DNA of 64,000 nt from Flavobacteriaceae bacterium (GCA_024763245.1 JANTFW010000004.1:130-64129); one strand, 5' to 3'; shown: positions 19,682 to 30,393, counted from the first letter of the stretch. The notes: generated from the sequence alone by a model not told the origin. A program made the numbers and translations.

Positions 19682-20515
19682 ATGATACAAACCTATATTG
19701 CTTACCATTTTAACATAGATCCCGTTGAGCCTGCTCGTGAAATACTCATAGCCGAGTTGGGAAACCTTGGTTTTGAAAGCTTTGAAGAAACCGAAAAAGG
19801 CCTTACTGCATATATTCCAAAAAGTGATTGGCATATTACTATTTTACACGAGGTTCAAATATTGAACTCCGGAAAATTTATTATTCTCTATGATAAAGAA
19901 GAAATAGAGCCTGTTAATTGGAATAGTAAATGGGAAAGTAATTTTGAGCCCATAAGCATTGATGACAGCGTTAGTATTAGAGCACCATTTCACGAAAAAG
20001 GCAAACTACAATACAATATCCTAATAGAACCCAAGATGAGTTTTGGTACCGGACATCACGAAACGACCCATCTAATGGTACAGCACCTTTTACAACTAGA
20101 TGTTGCAAATAAATCGGTATTAGATATGGGTTGTGGAACCGGGGTATTGGCAATATTAGCAGAAATGCTTGGTGCCACTAACTTAGATGCCATTGATATT
20201 GACCCTTGGTGCTATGAGAATTCCTTGGAAAATGTTCGAGTAAACGCATGTAATAATATTAAAGTATATCAAGGTGATGCGAGTCGTATTCAAAAAAATT
20301 ATGATATTATTATTGCCAATATCAACAGAAATATTTTACTTCAAGATTTAGGTATTTATGCTCGGCATTTGTCTAAAGACGGCATCTTATTACTCAGTGG
20401 TTTTTATCAGGAAGATATCCCTGTTATTGATGCAGAAGCCGCAAAACAGCAATTAAAAATTGATCTGATATTAGAACGTAATAACTGGGTAGGTGTTCGG
20501 TATATAAAACAATAA
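19682..20515 (+). CDS. prmA: ribosomal protein L11 methyltransferase
   Basis: FGTGHHETT and SAM motif VLDMGCGTGVLAI; 277 aa. Confidence 0.85.
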   Translation: MIQTYIAYHFNIDPVEPAREILIAELGNLGFESFEETEKGLTAYIPKSDWHITILHEVQILNSGKFIILYDKEEIEPVNWNSKWESNFEPISIDDSVSIRAPFHEKGKLQYNILIEPKMSFGTGHHETTHLMVQHLLQLDVANKSVLDMGCGTGVLAILAEMLGATNLDAIDIDPWCYENSLENVRVNACNNIKVYQGDASRIQKNYDIIIANINRNILLQDLGIYARHLSKDGILLLSGFYQEDIPVIDAEAAKQQLKIDLILERNNWVGVRYIKQ

Positions 20516-20674
20516 TTGGTGTAAAATATAGCTAATACTACTATTTATTTGTTATTATATACATTAAAATACCATAGGAGTGATGCACTATACAAACCGT
20601 TGACTAAAAACAACACTAAATCTTTTAGTTTTTACTTACGTAACAAGTCATTCAATACAATTATACAACTGTAT

Positions 20675-22807
20675 TTAATGCTTCACTATTTTCGTGCCGG
20701 ATTTCATAATTAAATCCTCTAGAATATGTACACTTTCATCCACATAAATATCTTTAGACAAATCGGTATGCCAACGGGCCCTCTTTTGTGCTAAAATACT
20801 ATCGGCTTCCATTAAAGGTAGCTCATAATGGGGCGAAGTAAACTGTAGACCACTTTTAAAATCATCAATGGCATCAAATTGTTTAGCAACTTCATCATGT
20901 GACACAATATCTTGTTTAAAAGAATCGTAATCTAAATATATTGTTTTGTCTTCTTGTCCTTCTTTTAACCATTTTGCGTTTGACTCAATCAAATTAAACT
21001 GTTCATTGTTAGCGATACGTTGTTCACTTGCATTAATAGCCGATGTAAAATCGAAAGGCGATTTCCACGTTTTATACCCTACCGGTTTTATCCGATCCCA
21101 CTGCATAGGATTATCGTAATCTCGCTCGCCAATATCTAGATAACTATAACGTGTGGGTACTACAATATCGGGTGTTACACCGCGTAATTGCGTAGATCCT
21201 CCATTTATACGATAAAACTTTTGAATGGTCAGCTTAAGATAACCCAAATCTTCATTGGAATTGGTATATTGATTTATCGGGTAAAAGTTTTGCACTGTTC
21301 CTTTTCCAAAAGTTTGTTTTCCCCCAATAATAATAGCTCTCTTATAATCTTGCATAGCCGCAGCAAATATTTCAGAGGCCGAAGCCGACAATTCATTAAC
21401 TAAAACAACCATAGGGCCATCCCACTGTACACCGGGTTCATCATCCTCTCTTACACGGGCTTTTTCGCCTCTATATTTAACCTGAACCACAGGCCCTTCA
21501 TCAATAAACAAACCGGCAATATCAATGGCTGTTTTTAAGGAACCTCCACCATTATTTCGTAAATCTATCATAATTCCCGATACGCCTTCGTCTTGTAAAC
21601 GTTGTAGTTCTAAGGCCATATCCGTAGCCGAATTTCGATCGTTGCGATGGTCAAAATCTATATAAAATTTAGGCAAATAAATCAATCCGTATTTTTTACC
21701 GTCCTTTTCAACAATAGATGATTTTACAAAGGTTTCATCTAGCTCTACCACATCTCTAATAATAGAAATCGTTTGTATGGTACCATCTACTTTTTTAAGG
21801 GTTAATCGAACTTCCGTTCCTTTTTTACCTTTGATAAACTCAATGGCATCATCAAGACGCATCCCAACAATATCTAGCGGCTCTGCATCTCCTTGGGCCA
21901 CTTTTAAAATGATATCACCCACCTCTAATTCACCCGCACGCCAAGCAGGTCCTCCGGAAATAAGTTCAGAAACCTTGGTATACTCGCCTTCTTTCATCAA
22001 TCGAGCACCAATACCTTCTAACTTTCCGGCCATTGTAATATCAAAACGTTTTTTGTTTTTAGGATTTAAATAATTGGTGTGTGGTCCAAATTGAGCAGCA
22101 ATACTATTGATATAATAGGTCAACCAATCATCCTGATCTAATTCGTATATTCGATCATACAAATCGTTCATATTTTCCCTCGTTTTTTCCAATGCTTCTT
22201 CTTTTAGAACAAAAAAGGTTTTCGCTTTGTACGTACTATCTGCAGCTTGTTTGTCTTTTTCGGCCAACTCTTTATCATATAAGCGACCCAAATAGCGCAT
22301 TTTAAGTTGTTTTTCCCAAACTTTATAAAGCGCAGCTTTATCCTTTGGAAATGCTGAATTTTTGTAATCAACAGAGTAGGTATCTTTAACATCAATAGCG
22401 ATAGGATGCGACAAGATTTCTTTGTAAATAGCTTCAGACTCCTTTAAGCGTTGTTGATACCGTTTATAAACCAGATAGAAAAAGGATAAATCATCTTGTA
22501 TAAATTGGGTATCTAAACTGTCTTTATAGCGATTAAATTCATCGATATCAGCCTGCATAAAATAGTGTTTTGTAGGATCTATCACATCTAAAAAATTAGT
22601 ATAAACACCTTCGGAGAACTCATCATCAATAGTGGCTGGCTGGTAATGGCCTTGTGTCAAAATCATCCGCAACACCGACATAAGTGTTCTATCGGTATCC
22701 GGATCGTGTCTATTGGAGTAGTTAAAACTGAGTAGTGCGCCTGCTAATAAAAGAATGGGGATAATAATCTTATAGTTACGTTTCATAAATTGAATAAGCT
22801 TTTTCAT
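20675..22807 (-). CDS. carboxy-terminal processing (tail-specific) S41 peptidase
   Basis: PDZ segment (GIGARL...GDIILKV), catalytic SASASEIFAAA (Ser) and TFGKGTVQ (Lys), N-terminal anchor. Confidence 0.85.
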   Translation of the reverse strand: MKKLIQFMKRNYKIIIPILLLAGALLSFNYSNRHDPDTDRTLMSVLRMILTQGHYQPATIDDEFSEGVYTNFLDVIDPTKHYFMQADIDEFNRYKDSLDTQFIQDDLSFFYLVYKRYQQRLKESEAIYKEILSHPIAIDVKDTYSVDYKNSAFPKDKAALYKVWEKQLKMRYLGRLYDKELAEKDKQAADSTYKAKTFFVLKEEALEKTRENMNDLYDRIYELDQDDWLTYYINSIAAQFGPHTNYLNPKNKKRFDITMAGKLEGIGARLMKEGEYTKVSELISGGPAWRAGELEVGDIILKVAQGDAEPLDIVGMRLDDAIEFIKGKKGTEVRLTLKKVDGTIQTISIIRDVVELDETFVKSSIVEKDGKKYGLIYLPKFYIDFDHRNDRNSATDMALELQRLQDEGVSGIMIDLRNNGGGSLKTAIDIAGLFIDEGPVVQVKYRGEKARVREDDEPGVQWDGPMVVLVNELSASASEIFAAAMQDYKRAIIIGGKQTFGKGTVQNFYPINQYTNSNEDLGYLKLTIQKFYRINGGSTQLRGVTPDIVVPTRYSYLDIGERDYDNPMQWDRIKPVGYKTWKSPFDFTSAINASEQRIANNEQFNLIESNAKWLKEGQEDKTIYLDYDSFKQDIVSHDEVAKQFDAIDDFKSGLQFTSPHYELPLMEADSILAQKRARWHTDLSKDIYVDESVHILEDLIMKSGTKIVKH

Positions 22808-22974
22808 TTAAATGATTTGTAGAACGCTAAAATAGTGCCATTTTTTTATTAATTACAAATATTAAGAAATATTTTCGATTCTCTAATATTTTTCAACTAT
22901 CTTGTAATACTATTTAGAATCCTCTTTCTACAAACTAAAGCCTCTTGTTTTGGCTATTTATTCATTTTTTTTGA

Positions 22975-22982
22975 TAGCTTTG
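22975..22982 (+). promoter_or_regulatory. putative -7 promoter box (TAGCTTTG) for surE
   Basis: Matches TAnnTTTG, 23 nt upstream of the ATG at 23006. Confidence 0.5.
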
Positions 22983-23005
22983 AGGTTTCAATACCAAATA
23001 ACTTT

Positions 23006-23776
23006 ATGAATAAAAGACCTTTAATATTGATCACCAATGACGATGGAATCACGGCACCGGGAATTCGTCATCTTATTGCGGCTATGAATGAAATTGGAGA
23101 AGTCGTTGTGGTTGCACCTGATAGCCCGCAAAGCGCTATGGGACACGCAATTACTGTAAACAACACCTTATTTGTTGAACCGGTAACTATTGATGACGGA
23201 CCTCAAATAGAATATTCGTGTAGCGGTACCCCCGCTGATTGTGTTAAACTGGCGGTCAATGAGTTGCTTAATAAAAAACCGGACTTATGCGTATCTGGTA
23301 TTAATCACGGATCTAATTCATCTATAAATGTCATTTACTCCGGAACAATGAGTGCCGCAGTAGAAGCAGGTATTGAGGGCATACCGGCTATTGGTTTTTC
23401 CTTACTCGACTATTCTTGGAATGCCGAATTTGACCATCTTAAAGAAGCTATTCAACGTATCACAAAAAATGTATTAACTAACGGATTGCCCAAAGGGGTT
23501 GTCTTAAATGTCAATATCCCTAAAACGAAAGATAAATTATTTAAAGGAATAAAGATTTGCCGACAAGCTAGAGCCAATTGGGTTGAAGAATTTGATAAAC
23601 GCATAAATCCTCACGGTCGCGAATATTACTGGCTTACAGGTAAGTTTGTCAATATGGACAAGGGAGAAGATACCGACGAATGGGCATTAGCCCATGATTA
23701 TATATCAATTGTACCAATACAATTTGATATGACTGCCCATCATTTTATTGATGATTTAAACAATTGGGAAATCTAG
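23006..23776 (+). CDS. surE: 5'/3'-nucleotidase SurE
   Basis: ILITNDDGITAPGI, SGINHGSN, YSGTMSAA. Confidence 0.9.
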   Translation: MNKRPLILITNDDGITAPGIRHLIAAMNEIGEVVVVAPDSPQSAMGHAITVNNTLFVEPVTIDDGPQIEYSCSGTPADCVKLAVNELLNKKPDLCVSGINHGSNSSINVIYSGTMSAAVEAGIEGIPAIGFSLLDYSWNAEFDHLKEAIQRITKNVLTNGLPKGVVLNVNIPKTKDKLFKGIKICRQARANWVEEFDKRINPHGREYYWLTGKFVNMDKGEDTDEWALAHDYISIVPIQFDMTAHHFIDDLNNWEI

Positions 23777-23785
23777 ACGTAAATT

Positions 23786-24073
23786 ATGTATAAAAAAATA
23801 GGAATTGGTTTAATTTTGAGCCTGCTAACAACAGCAGCAGGCAGCTATTTGTATATGGAATATATAATGAAAGATGGTTTTGAAGCGGCTTGGAAATGGA
23901 TGATTGACACGGGAAATATCGATGAAATACTTTCTTTAGGTGCTATTCCTAATTTACTTTTGTTTTTTGTATTCAATAAAAGAAAAGAATTTTATAAATC
24001 AAGGGGAGTAGTATTAGGTGTAGTCCTTGTTGCGTTTGTTGTTTTATATTTCTTTTCCAGACACTTATATTAA
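23786..24073 (+). CDS. small hypothetical membrane protein (3 predicted TM segments)
   Basis: 95-aa hydrophobic ORF packed between surE and lpxB (9- and 11-nt spacers). Confidence 0.5.
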   Translation: MYKKIGIGLILSLLTTAAGSYLYMEYIMKDGFEAAWKWMIDTGNIDEILSLGAIPNLLLFFVFNKRKEFYKSRGVVLGVVLVAFVVLYFFSRHLY

Positions 24074-24084
24074 AATATCATTTT

Positions 24085-25209
24085 GTGAAGTATTATCTCA
24101 TAGCCGGAGAAGCATCAGGAGACTTGCACGCCTCCAATTTAATGAAGTCCCTACAAAAGAAAGATGCAAAAGCACAATTTCGTTTTTGGGGAGGCGATTT
24201 AATGCAATCGGTGGGAGGTACTTTAGTTACCCATTATCAAGAGCTGGCATTTATGGGATTCTGGGAAGTACTAAAAAACAGTTTTACCCTTTCAAGATAT
24301 ATTAAGGCTTGCAAAAAAGATATAGAACACTACCAACCGGATGTGCTCATTATGGTCGATTACTCTGGTTTTAACCTACGAATTGCTCCATTTGCAAAAG
24401 CATTAGGTATCCCTACTCATTTTTATATTGCTCCGAAACTTTGGGCTTGGAACGAAAAAAGGGTTGAAAAACTTAAAAAATACATTGACAAAATGTATGT
24501 CATCTTTCCTTTTGAAAAAGATTTCTTTGAAAAAAAGCATCACTACCCGGTTGAATATGTAGGAAATCCATTACAGGATGCCATAGCTAAACGAGGGCCT
24601 ATCAACGAAGATCTTTTCCGTAAAAAACATCAATTAGGGAACAAACCCATTATTGCCTTATTACCCGGGAGTCGGTCGCAAGAGATTCGTAAAATACTCC
24701 CTTTAATGCTTAGTATAAGCCCTGATTTCAACGATTATCAATTTGTGATTGCAGGAGCACCCAATCGTGATTTTGACTATTACCAAACCTATTTGTCAAA
24801 TGATACTATTGCCTTTGTAAAAAATAACACCTACGATTTATTGAGTATCTCTTATGCAGCCTTGGTGGCATCTGGAACAGCCACACTAGAAACAGCTTTA
24901 TTTAAAATTCCACAAGTGGTGTGTTACCAAACCAGTGCACTTACCTACGCCATTGGCAAAAAACTAGTATCTAAAGAATTACAATATATCTCACTAGTTA
25001 ACTTAGTGGCCGATGCATCTATTGTTAGCGAATTATTACAAGATAAATATAACAAAACCCATCTTATCGCTTCCTTAAAAGCCATCCTTGATCCTCAAAA
25101 CAGAAAGAAAATTTTTGAAAATTATCTGGATTTAGAAGAAAAGTTGGGTGGAAAAGGCGCTTCTGAAAGAGTGGCCTCCAGTATTATTAAATCCCTGACA
25201 AAAGACTAG
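24085..25209 (+). CDS. lpxB: lipid-A-disaccharide synthase
   Basis: GTG start; N-terminal YYLIAGEASGDLHASNLM and LLPGSR, typical of LpxB. Confidence 0.85.
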   Translation: MKYYLIAGEASGDLHASNLMKSLQKKDAKAQFRFWGGDLMQSVGGTLVTHYQELAFMGFWEVLKNSFTLSRYIKACKKDIEHYQPDVLIMVDYSGFNLRIAPFAKALGIPTHFYIAPKLWAWNEKRVEKLKKYIDKMYVIFPFEKDFFEKKHHYPVEYVGNPLQDAIAKRGPINEDLFRKKHQLGNKPIIALLPGSRSQEIRKILPLMLSISPDFNDYQFVIAGAPNRDFDYYQTYLSNDTIAFVKNNTYDLLSISYAALVASGTATLETALFKIPQVVCYQTSALTYAIGKKLVSKELQYISLVNLVADASIVSELLQDKYNKTHLIASLKAILDPQNRKKIFENYLDLEEKLGGKGASERVASSIIKSLTKD

Positions 25210-25286
25210 AGACTGTTTTAGTTACCTATTTTTTTCACAAAAAGTCATTTTTATAATTTCCTGAGAATGCGTAACTTTGTCTTGCT

Positions 25287-27323
25287 ATGAAAAAAATTAC
25301 CCACTACATTCCTTTACAATTGAGCTTTTTTTTAGTGATAGGCATTTTTGTTGGCACTTACTATCCACTAAACATTCGACTCTTATCTATCCTACTTATA
25401 GGTAGTTTAACAGCACTACTTATAACCCATTTCATTGCAAATAAACACTTTAACTTATTGAGACTCTTTCAGTTTATTTCCTTTTTAGTCGTTTTTTTTT
25501 TAGGATGGATTCGTTGGAGTTCACAAGATCCTAGGCAAGATGCTCACTACTATGGAGCGCATATTCATACGAGTAATACGCTTATTTTTCAAGTGGAGGA
25601 GATTCGAAAACCTTCTTTATATCACTATAAATACTATGCTAAAGTTTTACAGATTGATTCTATACCGTCCACGGGAAAAATCCTTGTTAACATACCCAAA
25701 GACTCTTGTGCAAAAACACTAATATTAGGTGGTGTTTATATGACAAAAACAGCTCTCAAAAAAGTAAATACGCCTTTAAACCCATATGCTTTTAACTACA
25801 ATAAATACCTTAATACAAAAGGAATTACGCATCAAATTTCATTACAATCTGGAACGTATAAAAGAGTGGGTGTTCTAGCAAGTCCAAACCTTAGCATTAG
25901 AGCAAGGCAATGGTCACAGAAAATTCAAAACAAATTAAAAAAATATGATTTTGGCAAAAATGAATTAGGAATCATAAATGCACTAATTCTGGGACAACGG
26001 AAAAATATTTCACGTGAATTACTAACCCAATATAGCCAAGCAGGAGCTATTCATATTTTAGCGGTTTCGGGCTTACACGTTGGTATTTTATTTCTATTAC
26101 TCAGTTTTTTATTCAAACCTCTTGAGTACTTTTCATACGGAAATATTCTAAAAACAACACTAATTATACTGACTCTTTTTGCTTTTGCATTACTAACAGG
26201 CTTAAGTGGGTCTGTAGTAAGAGCGGTGAGTATGTTCAGCTTTATTGCTATTGGAGACAGCTTAAAAAAAAGAGAAAACTCAGTATTATATGCCTTGATT
26301 ACTTCCTTTTTCTTTATAGTAGTACTACATCCTGCATATATATTTGATGTGGGGTTTCAAATGAGTTATACCGCGGTATTGGGGATTCTCCTTTTTCAGC
26401 CAATATTCCTCCAATTTTTTCCGACAACTTCTTTTTGGCTTCCTCAAAAAATAATCCAGTTATTTAGTGTCTCTGTGGCAGCAACATTAGGTACTTTACC
26501 CATTAGTCTTTATTATTTTCATCAATTTCCGGGTCTGTTTTTTATTACCAATATTGTAATAATTCCTTTTTTGGGTGTTATTATGAGCCTGGGTATCTTG
26601 GTTGTTGTGCTAGCTGTTTTAGGAATACTTCCGGAGCCACTTATCAGCATTTACCATTGGATTCTTTTTAATATGAATAGTTTTATCTCTTGGATTGCCT
26701 CTCACGAAGCATTTCTACTAAAAAACATTCCTTTTTCGTCAGCTTTGCTTATTGGTAGCTATCTGCTTATTGGTAGTCTTTATTATGTAGTGACTTCTAA
26801 GCACCCCAAAAGACTATATGTTTTATTACTGAGTATTATCATACTACAAGCTATCGTTCTTTTTGACAAATACCACATACAACACAGCAACCAACTCATC
26901 ATTTTTCACCAAACCAAAGAAAGTACTCTTGGGCTAAAAAAAGGCGACCAACTTAAGATTATCAGTTCTAATGATTCCATATTAAAATGGAATTCCGTTC
27001 AACATTACATCCGTGAAAATCAAACAAAAAAAGCTACTACTTCCACTACATTCCCCAATGTTTTAGCATACAAAAAAACCCATTTTTTAATTATTGACAG
27101 TATCGGAATTTATCAAAACATTCCATTCAAACCGGATATTGTGTATTTGAGACAATCTCCTAAAATTAATATGGAACGTGTAGTAAAGACTCTTAACCCC
27201 CGTTTGGTTCTTGCAGATGGCTCCAACTACAAAAGCGCTATAAAATTATGGGAGCAAACCTGTCATAAAAACAAGTTCGATTTTTATTATACCGGAAAAA
27301 ACGGCGCATTTATATATGATTAG
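25287..27323 (+). CDS. comEC: ComEC/Rec2 family DNA internalisation channel protein
   Basis: Polytopic membrane protein; competence-domain motif AGAIHILAVSGLHVGI. No HxHxDH metallo-beta-lactamase motif is seen in the C-terminal part. Confidence 0.8.
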   Translation: MKKITHYIPLQLSFFLVIGIFVGTYYPLNIRLLSILLIGSLTALLITHFIANKHFNLLRLFQFISFLVVFFLGWIRWSSQDPRQDAHYYGAHIHTSNTLIFQVEEIRKPSLYHYKYYAKVLQIDSIPSTGKILVNIPKDSCAKTLILGGVYMTKTALKKVNTPLNPYAFNYNKYLNTKGITHQISLQSGTYKRVGVLASPNLSIRARQWSQKIQNKLKKYDFGKNELGIINALILGQRKNISRELLTQYSQAGAIHILAVSGLHVGILFLLLSFLFKPLEYFSYGNILKTTLIILTLFAFALLTGLSGSVVRAVSMFSFIAIGDSLKKRENSVLYALITSFFFIVVLHPAYIFDVGFQMSYTAVLGILLFQPIFLQFFPTTSFWLPQKIIQLFSVSVAATLGTLPISLYYFHQFPGLFFITNIVIIPFLGVIMSLGILVVVLAVLGILPEPLISIYHWILFNMNSFISWIASHEAFLLKNIPFSSALLIGSYLLIGSLYYVVTSKHPKRLYVLLLSIIILQAIVLFDKYHIQHSNQLIIFHQTKESTLGLKKGDQLKIISSNDSILKWNSVQHYIRENQTKKATTSTTFPNVLAYKKTHFLIIDSIGIYQNIPFKPDIVYLRQSPKINMERVVKTLNPRLVLADGSNYKSAIKLWEQTCHKNKFDFYYTGKNGAFIYD

Positions 27324-27342
27324 CAAAGTAAATAATAATCCT

Positions 27343-27350
27343 TATTTTTG
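27343..27350 (+). promoter_or_regulatory. putative -7 promoter box (TATTTTTG) for the helicase gene
   Basis: Matches TAnnTTTG, 14 nt upstream of the ATG at 27365. Confidence 0.45.
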
Positions 27351-27364
27351 TAAGACACCTACAG

Positions 27365-29848
27365 ATGAAAAAAAAGGCACAAACACCCATTAATAGAAGC
27401 TTAGAACTTGCTTGGAACTTTGTTGAAAAGACCGATAGAAATATTTTTTTAACAGGAAAAGCAGGTACGGGTAAAACAAGCTTTCTTCACAGAATTAAAT
27501 CTGAATCTCTTAAAAGACTCGTTATTGTAGCCCCTACAGGAGTTGCAGCCATTAATGCCAAAGGTGTTACCATACACTCCTTTTTTCAACTGCCTTTTGG
27601 CCCTATAATACCAGATGGATCCCAGTTTAGGAATACCGGCTCTTTCAAAATGAAATTCAGTCGAAAAAAAATTGATATTATCCGCTCTTTAGACCTATTG
27701 ATTATTGATGAGATAAGTATGGTTCGTGCAGATTTGTTAGATGCTATTGATCAAGTGCTCAAACGATATAAAAACAGGAATAAAGTATTTGGAGGCGTTC
27801 AGGTATTAATGATTGGGGACCTTCAACAATTGGCACCGGTAATAAAGCCCAATGAGTGGGAATTGTTAAAACCCTATTACGATACAGCCTATTTTTTTAG
27901 TAGTATTTCTTATAAAGAGGCTAATCCTATAGCTATAGAGCTCACCCATATTTACAGACAAGTCAATAAAGATTTTATTGCTATTCTTAACGAGGTAAGA
28001 AACAATACGTTATCTACTAAAGCAGCAATAGAATTAAACAAAAGATATTTTCCGGATTTTGTTCCCCCAAAAGAAGAAGGCTTTATAACACTAACAACAC
28101 ATAACAATAGAGCAAAAAGCATTAATGAAATAGAATTAAACAAAATTCAGGAAAACAGTCGCATTTATACTGCCCAAATCAAAGGTAAATTTAGTGAATA
28201 TGCCTACCCTACTTCTGAAAATTTAGAACTAAAAGAAGGAACTCAGGTCATGTTTATTAAAAACGATAGTGCTATTCATAAAAGGTACTATAATGGAAAA
28301 ATTGGTAGCGTTGTACGTCTAAATAAACAAGAGGTTATCGTACAATGCCCAAATGAGGAACAACCGATAGTGGTTACTCCGGAAATATGGGAAAATGTTA
28401 CCTACACCATAGACGAAAAAACTAAAGAAATTAAAGAAGATATAACTGGCTCTTTTGCTCAAATACCCCTTCGTTTGGCCTGGGCAATAACCATTCATAA
28501 AAGTCAAGGTCTAACCTTTGACAAAGCCATTATTGATGCCGGAGCCTCTTTTGCTCACGGACAAACTTATGTAGCGCTGAGTCGCTGTAGAACACTAGAA
28601 GGTATCATTCTAAAGACAAAGATTAGCGATCATAGTATTATTAATGACAGACGTGTAGCATCTTTTACCGATGCGGTAGCACAAAATGCTCCTGACAACA
28701 CTGTACTCACACAATCTCAAAAAGCCTACCAATTCCATTTAATAGATGAACTTTTTGATTATCAAAGCTTTTTATATCCGATAAGACGACTTATTAACCT
28801 GTATTATAAAAACACAACTATTTTAAAAGGAAATCTGATAACCCCACTGCTTAGCCTACAAGATGAAGGTATTATTCCTTTACTAAAAATTGCAGCAGGT
28901 TTTAAAAAACAACTCATACAACTTTCTGATAACGAGGATTCTCCAGAAAACAACCCCATAATTCAGGAACGTTTACGTAAAGGTATTACTTACTTTGCAA
29001 CACACAGCAAAGAAAAAATTAAGAAAGCACTGGATGCCATAACTTTCGCCACCGATAATAAAACCCTAAAAAAAGATATTACAAAAAACCTTAACCTCGT
29101 GGAAGAGCAACTAGCGAACAAGTTGTTCTGTTTTAAAGGGGTATCGGATGAATTTTCCACACAAAAATTTTTGAAAATCCGGGCAATGGCAGTGCTTGAA
29201 CAATCAGAAAAACCAAAGAAACACAAAGAATATAAAGACACCACAGCACATCAGGAATTGTTTACACAATTAAGCGATTTACGCAAGATTATAGCACATA
29301 GTGAGTCAATTCCTCCCTTTCAAGTTTTTACGCAACAGAGCCTCTATGAAATGTGCGAGCATTTTCCCATAAACAAGAAACAGTTATTAGCTATTAATGG
29401 AATGGGAAAAATAAGAGTACAAAAATATGGTGAAGAAATTATGGACATTATTAAAGAATATGTCCAAAAAGAAAACCTAACACCTAGGGCCCTTACTCCT
29501 AAAAAACCTAAAGCAGAAAAAGGAAGCTCACAAAAAGAATCTTTGGATTTATTTAAAAGCGGACTCAATACTATTGAAATTGCTACAAATAGAGGCTTGG
29601 CAAAAACCACTATCGAAGGGCATCTAGCCAATTTTATCGCTACAGGAGAAATTGACATTACCGAATTAATCCCTAAAAAAAGATACCTGACTTTAAAAAG
29701 TATTATGGAAAAAGAAAACTTTGACAGTTTATCGGAAATAAAAAATAAAGTGGGAGACCTTTATACCTACGGTGAAATACGTTTAGTGGCCCAAGACATA
29801 AAATACCGCAAAAATAATGAGGAAACGGATGAGGTTAATGAATCCTAG
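27365..29848 (+). CDS. PIF1/RecD-like SF1 helicase fused to HRDC and C-terminal HTH domains
   Basis: Walker A LTGKAGTGKTS; Walker B LLIIDEISMV; ITIHKSQGLTF...YVALSRC. HRDC-like segment LFTQLSDLRKIIAHSESIPPFQVFTQQSLYEMCEHFP...INGMGKIRVQKYG. HTH-like IEIATNRGLAKTTIEGHLANFI. Confidence 0.8.
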   Translation: MKKKAQTPINRSLELAWNFVEKTDRNIFLTGKAGTGKTSFLHRIKSESLKRLVIVAPTGVAAINAKGVTIHSFFQLPFGPIIPDGSQFRNTGSFKMKFSRKKIDIIRSLDLLIIDEISMVRADLLDAIDQVLKRYKNRNKVFGGVQVLMIGDLQQLAPVIKPNEWELLKPYYDTAYFFSSISYKEANPIAIELTHIYRQVNKDFIAILNEVRNNTLSTKAAIELNKRYFPDFVPPKEEGFITLTTHNNRAKSINEIELNKIQENSRIYTAQIKGKFSEYAYPTSENLELKEGTQVMFIKNDSAIHKRYYNGKIGSVVRLNKQEVIVQCPNEEQPIVVTPEIWENVTYTIDEKTKEIKEDITGSFAQIPLRLAWAITIHKSQGLTFDKAIIDAGASFAHGQTYVALSRCRTLEGIILKTKISDHSIINDRRVASFTDAVAQNAPDNTVLTQSQKAYQFHLIDELFDYQSFLYPIRRLINLYYKNTTILKGNLITPLLSLQDEGIIPLLKIAAGFKKQLIQLSDNEDSPENNPIIQERLRKGITYFATHSKEKIKKALDAITFATDNKTLKKDITKNLNLVEEQLANKLFCFKGVSDEFSTQKFLKIRAMAVLEQSEKPKKHKEYKDTTAHQELFTQLSDLRKIIAHSESIPPFQVFTQQSLYEMCEHFPINKKQLLAINGMGKIRVQKYGEEIMDIIKEYVQKENLTPRALTPKKPKAEKGSSQKESLDLFKSGLNTIEIATNRGLAKTTIEGHLANFIATGEIDITELIPKKRYLTLKSIMEKENFDSLSEIKNKVGDLYTYGEIRLVAQDIKYRKNNEETDEVNES

Positions 29849-29863
29849 ACCTTTACAAAAGTC

Positions 29864-30352
29864 TTATTCTACCTTAAACTCTTGATTACTATATATTTGC
29901 TCGTCAGGTACTTTTACATAATTAAAGTCAAAATGCGTCTGTCTATGGCAATTATTACACGAAACGGTTAGTTGATTATAGGTTATTTTGAATAAACGAC
30001 TATCTTTATTATTAACAGCTTTGGCAATACTATCCATAGAAGGTCTAAGCATTTCAATATACTTCGTTTCCGGTCGGTCTGCCTGATATTTTTTGATGGC
30101 TTCTAAAACCTCATTTATTTCGTGTATTTCAAAGTCGGCGAGTTGCCAATTCTTATTGATCCCGGCAAACCACAATTTAGCATGATGCGTTTGTATAGCA
30201 CCCATAAATTCTCCAAAACCGGGCGTATAGGTATCTTGAATTTGCTTTTCCAAACGGTCTACTTGTCGTTGTAATTGCTTATTCGCTTCAGAAGATTTGT
30301 TACAAGCCACTGCAAACAAAAGTACCCAAACTATTACTACTTTTGATTTCAT
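29864..30352 (-). CDS. hypothetical lipoprotein with a single CxxCH motif (possible class II / four-helix-bundle c-type cytochrome)
   Basis: Start taken at MKSKVVIVWVLLFAVACNK (lipobox). The body looks predominantly helical. CNNCH lies near the C-terminus. The gene is adjacent to dsbD. Confidence 0.55.
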   Translation of the reverse strand: MKSKVVIVWVLLFAVACNKSSEANKQLQRQVDRLEKQIQDTYTPGFGEFMGAIQTHHAKLWFAGINKNWQLADFEIHEINEVLEAIKKYQADRPETKYIEMLRPSMDSIAKAVNNKDSRLFKITYNQLTVSCNNCHRQTHFDFNYVKVPDEQIYSNQEFKVE

Positions 30353-30393
30353 ATTTAATTTATTTAACCAACTGTTCCATACACAGGAAAAGC

